Source: Lewinellaceae bacterium
GTDB lineage: Bacteria > Bacteroidota > Bacteroidia > Chitinophagales > Saprospiraceae
Assembly: GCA_040383605.1 (NCBI GenBank)
Contig: JBEIDF010000002.1
Location: forward strand, 6,769 to 70,768
Reading direction: 5' to 3'
DNA: 64,000 nt
The position numbers and the translations under genes were made by a program. Positions 35,129 to 42,503 of the stretch are shown here, piece by piece (position 1 is the stretch's first letter; every line of letters starts with the position of its first letter). The notes under the pieces are model-generated. The model had not been told where the DNA came from. It saw only the letters and a list, made by a program, of their open reading frames with translations, and ran no database searches.

Positions 35129-35159
35129 TTGCTCCAGCCGTACTCCGCGGCTGGAGCAA
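35129..35159 (+). other. Perfect 12-bp stem-loop between gldM and gldN (intra-operon RNA structure or attenuator candidate)
   Basis: The sequence is ttgctccagccg-tactccg-cggctggagcaa. No T-run follows it. Confidence 0.5.
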
Positions 35160-35204
35160 CTTGAAAACAGGTACTAAACACAGTTCATGCTTAATCTTCG
35201 AGCC

Positions 35205-36083
35205 ATGCAAACTACATTCAAATGGATTTGCCTTTGCTTCCTGCTGGTCTTGGCGGGAATTACTACGGCGCTCGCTCAAAATCCGCAGGAAATCGAAATT
35301 CTCACTGAAACCAGCGAACCGGAAGCAACAGACGCACCGCTGGATGACGTGGTGAAAAAAGACATCATGATGGAACGCAAAGTGCTGCCCTACCAACCGG
35401 TGCGGGAAAGCGATGTGTTCTGGGAAAAACGCATCTGGCGCATTATTGATGTGCGCGAAAAAATGAACCTGCCTTTCGCATACCCGGAGGCGCCGTTTTT
35501 TAAACTGCTCTCCGACGCCGCTACGAACGGCGATCTGCCGGTGTATAGCACGGAAGACGATAAGTTTTCTAAGCGCCTGAGCACAGACGACGTGCTCTCG
35601 ATGCTGTCTAAATCCGACACGATTGTCACGTTCGACCCGGAAACGTACGCTGAAAAGGTAACGGTGGTTCGCAATGATATTAACTGGGAAGACGTGAAGC
35701 GCTTCCGCGTGAAGGAGATCTGGTTCTTCGATAAGGAGACTTCCACCATGCAGGTACGCATCCTCGGTATCGCGCCGCTGATTGACGTGAAGGACAATGA
35801 GGGCAACTTCCGCTTCGAACGTCCTATGTTCTGGGTCTATTACCCGCAAGCGCGTGAAATGTTCGCCCGGAATCGCGTATTTACGCTCGGCGGCAACACA
35901 AACGCTACGATCTCTTGGGAAGATCTGTTCGAAATGCGCTATTTCGCCAGCTATATCTACAAGGAATCGAACGTGTACGACCGCAAAATTGACGAATACC
36001 TCACCGGTGTGGATCTCTTGATGGAATCCGAGAAGATCAAAAACGATATCTTCAACTGGGAGCACGACCTCTGGCAGTACTAA
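35205..36083 (+). CDS. gldN: Gliding motility/T9SS protein GldN (PorN)
   Basis: It has a signal peptide (CLCFLLVLAGITTALAQ) and the conserved motifs VFWEKRIWRIIDVREKMN and KEIWFFDKETS. It is the last gene of the gldKLMN block. Confidence 0.9.
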   Translation: MQTTFKWICLCFLLVLAGITTALAQNPQEIEILTETSEPEATDAPLDDVVKKDIMMERKVLPYQPVRESDVFWEKRIWRIIDVREKMNLPFAYPEAPFFKLLSDAATNGDLPVYSTEDDKFSKRLSTDDVLSMLSKSDTIVTFDPETYAEKVTVVRNDINWEDVKRFRVKEIWFFDKETSTMQVRILGIAPLIDVKDNEGNFRFERPMFWVYYPQAREMFARNRVFTLGGNTNATISWEDLFEMRYFASYIYKESNVYDRKIDEYLTGVDLLMESEKIKNDIFNWEHDLWQY

Positions 36084-36115
36084 TCTGCCTTTCCATACCA
36101 TTGTCTGTATCTCTA

Positions 36116-36143
36116 CGGCCATCGGGCAAACGCCCGGTGGCCG
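36116..36143. terminator. GC-rich 11-bp stem-loop between the convergent gldN and smr-domain genes
   Basis: The sequence is cggccatcggg-caaacg-cccggtggccg. No clear U-tract is present on either strand. Confidence 0.45.
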
Positions 36144-36150
36144 CAGTTAT

Positions 36151-37215
36151 TTACCGCAGCGTCACTTCCGTTGCGCCATACCCGTATTTTGGGTGATACT
36201 CGTTCTTATATCGCACGACCTCCGGGCGATTGCGCAGCATATTTTTTATCGCGTCCCGCAATTTGCCCTCACCAATGCCGTGTATCAAAAAAACATGGTG
36301 CACGCCCAGGCGCACAGCCTGGTCGAGAAACCGGGTGCAGTGTTGTAGTTGGAGCCGAAGAATTTCCCCTTTGTCGAGGCGTTGATAGCCCGGAATCAGC
36401 GTTTCCGCGTGTAAGTCTATTTCCGGTACAAAAGTTGAAAAAGCCTCTATATCAAAGGGTTTGTATTGCTTGGAATTACTGTTCGGGCTGGTGTTGCGCC
36501 GCGGGCGGTTTCCCAGCCGCTGCCGGGTATAGTCGCGCAAGTCTTCTTTCGCCGCTTCATTTTCAGGCCTTGGCTCGAAGCGGTCCAGCATCACAAAGTT
36601 GTATGCTTGTTGGTTGAGGATAGGAACGGTTTGGATGCGGTTGAAAAACTGCTTTGGTTTGATTTTCAATACCCGGTGGAGCACCGGATCGTGTCCGGCC
36701 GTGGTGATCCGCCGCACTTCCAGGTCTGCCTCCGGCAAATCATTCAGGTCGTCCGAACGTATATCGCCCAGTTCAATTGCGCGCATACCCCCGCAGAGGT
36801 CTTCGGTGTCTATCAGGCGCGTATCTCCGACCCAAAGGATAAAATCTATTAAGAAATCGTGTCCGGTGTCGTTGACGAGCCATAGTTTGAAACGCGATAC
36901 CGTACCGTCTTTTCCGGGCATCGGCTCAAAGCAGAGTTGCAAGCCCTTGGGCTTGAGCACCACGTACTGGCTTTTTATTTCCCTCCTAGGGGGCGCTTCT
37001 TTTTTGGGCGGCTGTTTGCCCGGCACAACTTTGGCGCCCGGTACATCCGCCATGGCCCCAACATCCAATTCCAAATCCTCGATAAAGGCCGGGATTTCCG
37101 TACCCTGTCCGTCATTCAGGCGTACCTCCAATAGGTCTTCGCCCAATACTTTGGTGACAGCGCCGGTCTCGCCGGTATAGCGCAAGCGCACCTTGGCGCC
37201 AATAGCATAGAGCAT
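36151..37215 (-). CDS. Smr-domain protein (MutS2-C-terminal-like nuclease domain)
   Basis: The C-terminus EIDLHAE...VHHVFLIHGIGEGKLRDAI...YGATEV resembles the Smr domain. The N-terminal ~250 aa are uncharacterised. Confidence 0.8.
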   Translation of the reverse strand: MLYAIGAKVRLRYTGETGAVTKVLGEDLLEVRLNDGQGTEIPAFIEDLELDVGAMADVPGAKVVPGKQPPKKEAPPRREIKSQYVVLKPKGLQLCFEPMPGKDGTVSRFKLWLVNDTGHDFLIDFILWVGDTRLIDTEDLCGGMRAIELGDIRSDDLNDLPEADLEVRRITTAGHDPVLHRVLKIKPKQFFNRIQTVPILNQQAYNFVMLDRFEPRPENEAAKEDLRDYTRQRLGNRPRRNTSPNSNSKQYKPFDIEAFSTFVPEIDLHAETLIPGYQRLDKGEILRLQLQHCTRFLDQAVRLGVHHVFLIHGIGEGKLRDAIKNMLRNRPEVVRYKNEYHPKYGYGATEVTLR

Positions 37216-37229
37216 AACAAAGGCAGTTT

Positions 37230-37266
37230 AATCCCCAATCCGAATTTCGCAATCCCCAATCCGAAT
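37230..37266. repeat. Heptamer-family copy: exact 16-mer AATCCCCAATCCGAAT duplicated with a 5-nt spacer
   Basis: The 16-mer occurs at 37230-37245 and 37251-37266. The pair fills most of the gap between the paaC stop and the smr-domain gene start. Confidence 0.7.
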
Positions 37267-37271
37267 GCTCT

Positions 37272-38027
37272 TCACCATTCCATCCCCGGGTACGCGCGTT
37301 GCATAAATTGCATTTCCGCCAGGATGAATCCGAGGTGTTCGGTATGGATGCCGGTTTTGCCGCCGAACTGCATCCAGGGCGTATCGGGGATAAGGAGGGT
37401 TGCTTCTTCCAGGACTGTGCGGACTTTTTGGTTCCAAAGATGTTTAATTTCGTGGAGATCAGGCGCCACGCCTGCCGCGGCCATGGCCTCATCGGCGGGG
37501 GAGGGGGTGCAGAGCTCGGCGGTGTAGCGCCACAGATCGTCCACCGCTGCCTGGACTTTGGCATGGCTGGTTTCCGTGCCGTCTCCGAGCCGGATGATCC
37601 ATTCGCTGGAAAAGCGCAGGTGGTAGGTCGCTTCCTTAAAGGCTTTTTCTGCGATAGCGGCCAAGCGCTCGTCGCGGCTGTCCAGCAAGGCCTGCAGGTT
37701 GTAATAATTGAAGGCGTCGAAAAAGAACTGGCGGGTCAGGGTGTAGGCCCAGTCAGAGTTGGGTTGTTCTACGAGCAGGACATTTCGGAATTGGCGCGCA
37801 TCTCGCAGGAAGGCGAGCTGGTCGTCCGTGCGCGGATTTTCTTCCAATTCGCCGGCATAAGCGAGCAGCATACGCGCTTGCCCGAGCAGGTCGAGCGCCA
37901 GGTTGGTGAGCGCGATATCCTGTTCGAGCACGGGGCCGTGCCCGCACCATTCGCCGAGGCGTTGAGAGAGCAGGAGGGCGTTATCGCCCAGTTGGAGCAC
38001 ATACTCCAGGCGGTGGTTCCGGTTCAT
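37272..38027 (-). CDS. paaC: 1,2-phenylacetyl-CoA epoxidase subunit PaaC
   Basis: The sequence LQLGDNALLLSQRLGEWCGHGPVLEQDIALTNLALDLLGQAR closely parallels the E. coli PaaC N-terminus as I recall it. Confidence 0.85.
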   Translation of the reverse strand: MNRNHRLEYVLQLGDNALLLSQRLGEWCGHGPVLEQDIALTNLALDLLGQARMLLAYAGELEENPRTDDQLAFLRDARQFRNVLLVEQPNSDWAYTLTRQFFFDAFNYYNLQALLDSRDERLAAIAEKAFKEATYHLRFSSEWIIRLGDGTETSHAKVQAAVDDLWRYTAELCTPSPADEAMAAAGVAPDLHEIKHLWNQKVRTVLEEATLLIPDTPWMQFGGKTGIHTEHLGFILAEMQFMQRAYPGMEW

Positions 38028-38032
38028 GGGAA

Positions 38033-38311
38033 TTACATGTGTTTAACTTCGTCCGGCAGTTTGTAAAACGTCGGATGTCGGTAAATTTTGTCGTTGGAGG
38101 GGTCAAAAAAAGCCTCTTGATCTTCCGTGGAGGCATGGATATGTTTCGACTCCACGACCCAGATACTGATGCCTTCATTGCGGCGGCAGTACACATCGCG
38201 GGCATTTTCAATGGCCATTTGTGCGTCGGCAGCGTGCAGGCTGCCGGCATGCTTGTGGCTGAGTCCCTGTTTTGAACGGATAAATACTTCCCAAAGCGGC
38301 CAGTCTTTCAT
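38033..38311 (-). CDS. paaB: 1,2-phenylacetyl-CoA epoxidase subunit PaaB
   Basis: WPLWEVFIRSKQGLSHKHAGSLHA...A..NARDVY.RR.EG.SIWVV is the PaaB signature. The start is placed at the ATG at 38311. Confidence 0.85.
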   Translation of the reverse strand: MKDWPLWEVFIRSKQGLSHKHAGSLHAADAQMAIENARDVYCRRNEGISIWVVESKHIHASTEDQEAFFDPSNDKIYRHPTFYKLPDEVKHM

Positions 38312-38490
38312 GGATGATGGCGGACGATAAATGGTTAGGCAAAATACAAATCGCGACAAAAATAGGTTATTTTCAGGAATGGGACTGAATTCGATTTGCG
38401 CAAATAGCGTTTCAATGATTTAATCCACTATTTTTGCACACCTTTTGATCTGCCTTTATTTTTTCAATCTGAAAATTTTGGTCTGTGTTC

Positions 38491-39363
38491 ATGTTTAAAA
38501 AAAGATTCCCCCTCCTGGTCTTGTTTGTTGTGAGCGCTTGGGTTGCCGGCGCCCAGACGCGTTTTGGTTTTAAAACGGGTCTGAACTTCGCCCGCCTATC
38601 CGGGCCTTCCGAACTAAACGACGCCGGCGCTGCGCTGGAAAAATGGGAAAACGTCACAGGCTTTCATATTGGCGCGACGGTTTCACACAATTTTTCGGAC
38701 AACTTCGGTCTTCGCGGCGAAATGCTGTACTCTAAAAAAGGTGCGCGCTACACCTTCGAAGGCCAGTCTTATCGCATTTTTAACTACTCTGGCGGTAGCA
38801 CCCTGACGCAGGGCGACGCAACCTACCGCATCAATATCAATAATTCCTACCTGGATATCCCCCTGACGGGCTTTGTCCGGCTGGGCAATTTTGAGCTGTC
38901 CGCCGGCGTCTATGCCGGCCTGCTCCTGCAGTCGGTCGGCGAAGGCGCCCTCCAGTACCAGGGCAATACCGTCCCCCTGGGCAATCCCACCGGCGAGTTG
39001 AAGTTTTTGCTCGACCACAACTACCGCCGCGACGATCCCGCCGGTGGCAACGCCGGCCAAACCGTGACCGCCCAAGTGGACGCCCGGACGCTGGAACTCC
39101 CCCGGACGCTGGGCGCTTATTACGACCTTCCGGAAGACAAAGGCGCGCTGTACAAAACCCTGGACTATGGCCTGATCGGCGGCCTCTCTTACTACCTCAG
39201 CCAATCCATGTATGCCAATGCGCGCCTCCAATACGGGCTGGCCGACCTGACTAACAATGCTGCCGATTTGTCGAAAGCCCGAACGGATAACGGACAGTTG
39301 ATTTTCCGCGATGACCAAGACCGGAATTTTGCCATCCAGGTCTCTATCGGCTTTAGTTTCTGA
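38491..39363 (+). CDS. Outer-membrane beta-barrel protein (OMP_b-brl_2/PorT-like porin family)
   Basis: It has a signal peptide (LLVLFVVSAWVAGAQ) and alternating-hydrophobic beta strands (FGFKTGLNFARL, GLRGEMLYSKKG, YLDIPL). The terminal IGFSF ends in an aromatic residue. Confidence 0.8.
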   Translation: MFKKRFPLLVLFVVSAWVAGAQTRFGFKTGLNFARLSGPSELNDAGAALEKWENVTGFHIGATVSHNFSDNFGLRGEMLYSKKGARYTFEGQSYRIFNYSGGSTLTQGDATYRININNSYLDIPLTGFVRLGNFELSAGVYAGLLLQSVGEGALQYQGNTVPLGNPTGELKFLLDHNYRRDDPAGGNAGQTVTAQVDARTLELPRTLGAYYDLPEDKGALYKTLDYGLIGGLSYYLSQSMYANARLQYGLADLTNNAADLSKARTDNGQLIFRDDQDRNFAIQVSIGFSF

Positions 39364-39392
39364 TTCCCAATTTCTGCTAAACACTCCCTGCC

Positions 39393-40970
39393 ATGTTCCA
39401 ATTAACGCGGTACCTGTTGCCGGTCGCATTTTTTATTCTATTAATCGCTGCTTGCCGCAAATCTGATTTCAGCGGCGCCGAATTTGCCCCGCATACGCCT
39501 GAATTCGCATTTCCTTTGTTCTCCACCACGCTGAATCTAAAGGAACTGATGTTCAAGGTGCTCAACGACAGCCTGAGCGGCGATACCATCCGCGTCAATC
39601 CGGATAACTCCATGACGCTCTTCTATTCCGGCGATGTAGCGGAAAAAAAAGCCACCGACATCTTCGGGTTCTTTCCCAACGGAATCATCCCGGTGCTGGA
39701 TACCGTCTATTTCGCGCCTTTTGCTACGCCCGACTCCGTGACGGTGCGCAAGGTAGTATTGAATAATGGGACACTCAACCTCGTGGTGTTCAATTCCGGA
39801 AACCAGCCGATCAACGGGACGTTCTATATCCCGCAAATGTCCAAAAACGGACAGGTTTTCTCTATCCCCTTCGTGGCGCCGCCCAATCCGAGTTTCCCGT
39901 GGATTTCCTCCGCGTTCCAACTCAAAGACTGGGTGCTGGAGTCGGATACCAATGCCCTGTACTTCCGCTATGAGGCTTTCCTGCCCGACGGAACCCGCAT
40001 CAAACTCCCCGAACCCACGCCCGGAACGCCCGGATTGGGCCTCCTGATCCAAAATATGACCTTCTCGTACCTGGAAGGATACTGGGGATACGATGTGTAC
40101 CCGCTCACGCTGGACACGATTGATATTGACATTAACCAGACCAATCTGGTCGGCGACGTCACGGTGGTGGATCCAAAAGTCACCATGACGGTCTCCAATT
40201 CCTGGGGATTCCCAACCCGGGGCGTGGTCAAATACCTGAGTTTTATCGGGCGCGACGGTCAGGAATATAAACTCGAAAGTCCGCAACTCAGCGAAGACAG
40301 CCTAGATTTCAACTACCCCTCCTGGGCACTGGGCGAAATAGGACAAACCAAAGAAACAAACTACGTGTTCGACCGCACTAACTCCAATATTGACGTGATT
40401 TTTAATGCGCAACCCACCCAAATGATCTATGAACTGGAGGGCATATCGAACGCAAAACGCGACCTGAGTATCACCGGCTTTATCACCGACAGCAGTACCA
40501 TAAAACTCCGGGTCGCCGTAGAACTCGTGCTGGAAGGCGCCGCCCGAAATTTCGGGGCCGAACAAACGCTGGATCTCAATTTCGGCGAATACGCCGACTT
40601 GGACTCCACCGATATCGAATCGGTCGAATTTAAACTGGTGGCCGAAAATGGCACGCCGATCGGCGCCAATCTGCAGATTTATTTCCAGGATACCGCCCAA
40701 ACAATCGTGGATTCGCTGTTCGCCGAAGGCCCCCGCTTTGTCATGCAAGCTGCACCGGTGGACGCCGCCGGCAATGTAACGGGTATCGGCCGCACCGAAA
40801 CCTTTATTCCCATGGGCATCGAACGCTTCAACCGAATCCGAACAGCCAAATCTGCCTACGTCCGAAATGCCTTCACAACAGCGCAAAATGGCGCGATACC
40901 GGTGAAATTGAAAGCGGATCAGGATGCGACGTTGAAGATGGGGGTGAAGGTGAAGGTGAAGATGGATTGA
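39393..40970 (+). CDS. Hypothetical lipoprotein (525 aa)
   Basis: It has a lipobox (FILLIAAC) and a beta-rich sequence with no motif I recognise. It is tightly packed between two barrel genes. Confidence 0.65.
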   Translation: MFQLTRYLLPVAFFILLIAACRKSDFSGAEFAPHTPEFAFPLFSTTLNLKELMFKVLNDSLSGDTIRVNPDNSMTLFYSGDVAEKKATDIFGFFPNGIIPVLDTVYFAPFATPDSVTVRKVVLNNGTLNLVVFNSGNQPINGTFYIPQMSKNGQVFSIPFVAPPNPSFPWISSAFQLKDWVLESDTNALYFRYEAFLPDGTRIKLPEPTPGTPGLGLLIQNMTFSYLEGYWGYDVYPLTLDTIDIDINQTNLVGDVTVVDPKVTMTVSNSWGFPTRGVVKYLSFIGRDGQEYKLESPQLSEDSLDFNYPSWALGEIGQTKETNYVFDRTNSNIDVIFNAQPTQMIYELEGISNAKRDLSITGFITDSSTIKLRVAVELVLEGAARNFGAEQTLDLNFGEYADLDSTDIESVEFKLVAENGTPIGANLQIYFQDTAQTIVDSLFAEGPRFVMQAAPVDAAGNVTGIGRTETFIPMGIERFNRIRTAKSAYVRNAFTTAQNGAIPVKLKADQDATLKMGVKVKVKMD

Positions 40971-41005
40971 GGAATTGGGGATTTCGGATTGGGGATTTTA
41001 GATTT
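40971..41005. repeat. Heptamer-array copy (G-rich orientation)
   Basis: The sequence ggaattggggatttcggattggggattttagattt begins 1 nt after the stop at 40970. Confidence 0.7.
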
Positions 41006-41018
41006 AAAATTGTTTATT

Positions 41019-42419
41019 ATGAATAGGATATATATAAATATAGTCTGCCTTTATTTTTTCTTTTTCTTTTCATTTTCTCAGCATGCGCCTTCTTCGGGTT
41101 GCTTTTCGTTTTCCTTTTTTGGGGTAAATGGATTGTCGGCGCAGCGGGAACTGATGTTGTATCAATCGGCCGACTTGTGGTCGGCGAATGCGGTGAATCC
41201 CGCTTTTTTTCCGAAAGATAAAAAAATCGTTTTGGGCCTGCCGGGTTTTGGCGTGGACGCCGCGCATTCCGGGGATGTGGGCTACAACGACTTGTTTCGG
41301 CGGGAAGGGGATCGGCGGCTGATTGATCTGGGCCGGCTGGTTGATCGCCTGGAACCGGAGAACCGGGTGCATTATGAACACCGCTTCGAAACGGTGTCGC
41401 TGGGTATTCGGCTGCCAGCGGGTCTGTTTTTGCAAGCCGGCCATTCGGTGCGCTTGCAAACAGCGGCCACGTACCCAAAAACCCTGGCACAATTGCTGTG
41501 GAACGGCAACGGGCCATACGTCGGACAAACGCTGGATATTGCCCCAAACGTGGAGGTATTCGATTTCAACGAACTCAGCCTGGGCCTCGGCTGGGGCACG
41601 GAACGCCTGCGCCTCGGCGGGCGACTGAAATACCTTTCGGGCATCAGCGCGCTCCGCACGGATGAAACCCGGCAGCAGGCAACGGTTTTTACGGACAGCG
41701 ATATTTATCAACTCACGCTCGAAACGGATTACGCCTTTCATTCCGCTTCGATTATCTCCGGTATTGATACGGCAGGGCTGGGTTTCGATCTCAGAACGGA
41801 AGTAGCCAAAGGCAAACTCTTCTCCCAAAATCGGGGCTTAGCCTTCGACCTCGGCGCTTCGGTGCAATTGGGTGAACGCCTGACTTTGAGCGCAGGCGCG
41901 CTTGACTTGGGGGGGCGAATCAACTGGTCGTCTAACGCGCAGTATTTTGCGAGCAAAGGCGCGTACCAGTACGACGGGGTGCGCTTCCCCGGCACAGACA
42001 TCATCAACGCGGCGGACAGCATACGCTTCGATGCGCAACTGGATACGCTGAACGATATCTTCCGGTTTGAAAAAACCGCGCAGACGTTCGAGACAGAATT
42101 GCCGCTTCGACTCTATGCCGGCGGCACGTTCCGTTTGTCGGATAAGTGGACTTTTGGCGCAGTATTTTTTCACCAAAACAGCGCCCGGCGCAGCACCACT
42201 TCCTTCGGACTGAACGCGCTCTGGCGGCCGCTGGATTGGTTGAGCCTCGGTGGGATGTATAGTGTGAACGACCGCTCTGCGGCCAACCTGGGCTTCCGGG
42301 TGGGCTTGCATCCGGGGCCGCTGCAATTATACCTCGTCTCGGACAATATGCTGAACGTATTTACGCCGTACAGCGCGCCGGTGGTGAATTTCCGCGCGGG
42401 CGCGGCGCTGCTGTTTTAG
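41019..42419 (+). CDS. Hypothetical outer-membrane beta-barrel protein (possibly distantly PorP/SprF- or FadL-like)
   Basis: It has a long, atypical Phe-rich signal ending in LSAQ and amphipathic beta strands. The C-terminal NFRAGAALLF ends in Phe. The N-terminal LMLYQS...NAVNPAFFP faintly resembles the PorP motif. Confidence 0.6.
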   Translation: MNRIYINIVCLYFFFFFSFSQHAPSSGCFSFSFFGVNGLSAQRELMLYQSADLWSANAVNPAFFPKDKKIVLGLPGFGVDAAHSGDVGYNDLFRREGDRRLIDLGRLVDRLEPENRVHYEHRFETVSLGIRLPAGLFLQAGHSVRLQTAATYPKTLAQLLWNGNGPYVGQTLDIAPNVEVFDFNELSLGLGWGTERLRLGGRLKYLSGISALRTDETRQQATVFTDSDIYQLTLETDYAFHSASIISGIDTAGLGFDLRTEVAKGKLFSQNRGLAFDLGASVQLGERLTLSAGALDLGGRINWSSNAQYFASKGAYQYDGVRFPGTDIINAADSIRFDAQLDTLNDIFRFEKTAQTFETELPLRLYAGGTFRLSDKWTFGAVFFHQNSARRSTTSFGLNALWRPLDWLSLGGMYSVNDRSAANLGFRVGLHPGPLQLYLVSDNMLNVFTPYSAPVVNFRAGAALLF

Positions 42420-42503
42420 CGAGTCAAAACCCATGTATCAGCGGCATATTCAGGTGTTTATTTTTGGGCGCAACTGCCCCGTAATCAACATCTGAACATA
42501 CTC

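Noticed and set aside
34680-36122. A 480-aa minus-strand ORF overlaps gldM and gldN. Similar long antisense ORFs occur elsewhere, including 31589-32740 (-), 55914-57209 (-), 19735-20772 (-), 17255-18148 (+), 7668-8552 (+), 58272-59117 (-), 28535-29206 (-) and 38683-39429 (-).
   Set aside because: These lie opposite genes with unmistakable family motifs. Their translations are low-complexity (R/A/G/H-rich) with no motifs. Long stop-free antisense frames are expected in GC-rich coding DNA.
41040-41110. The T/C-rich tract at the 5' end of the 41019-42419 gene could be a phase-variable homopolymer or a promoter rather than coding sequence.
   Set aside because: The longest homopolymer runs are short (T6-T7). 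The frame stays open, the predicted peptide ends in a typical LSAQ cleavage site, and no alternative downstream start would provide a signal peptide. I kept it as coding, with the start flagged as uncertain.
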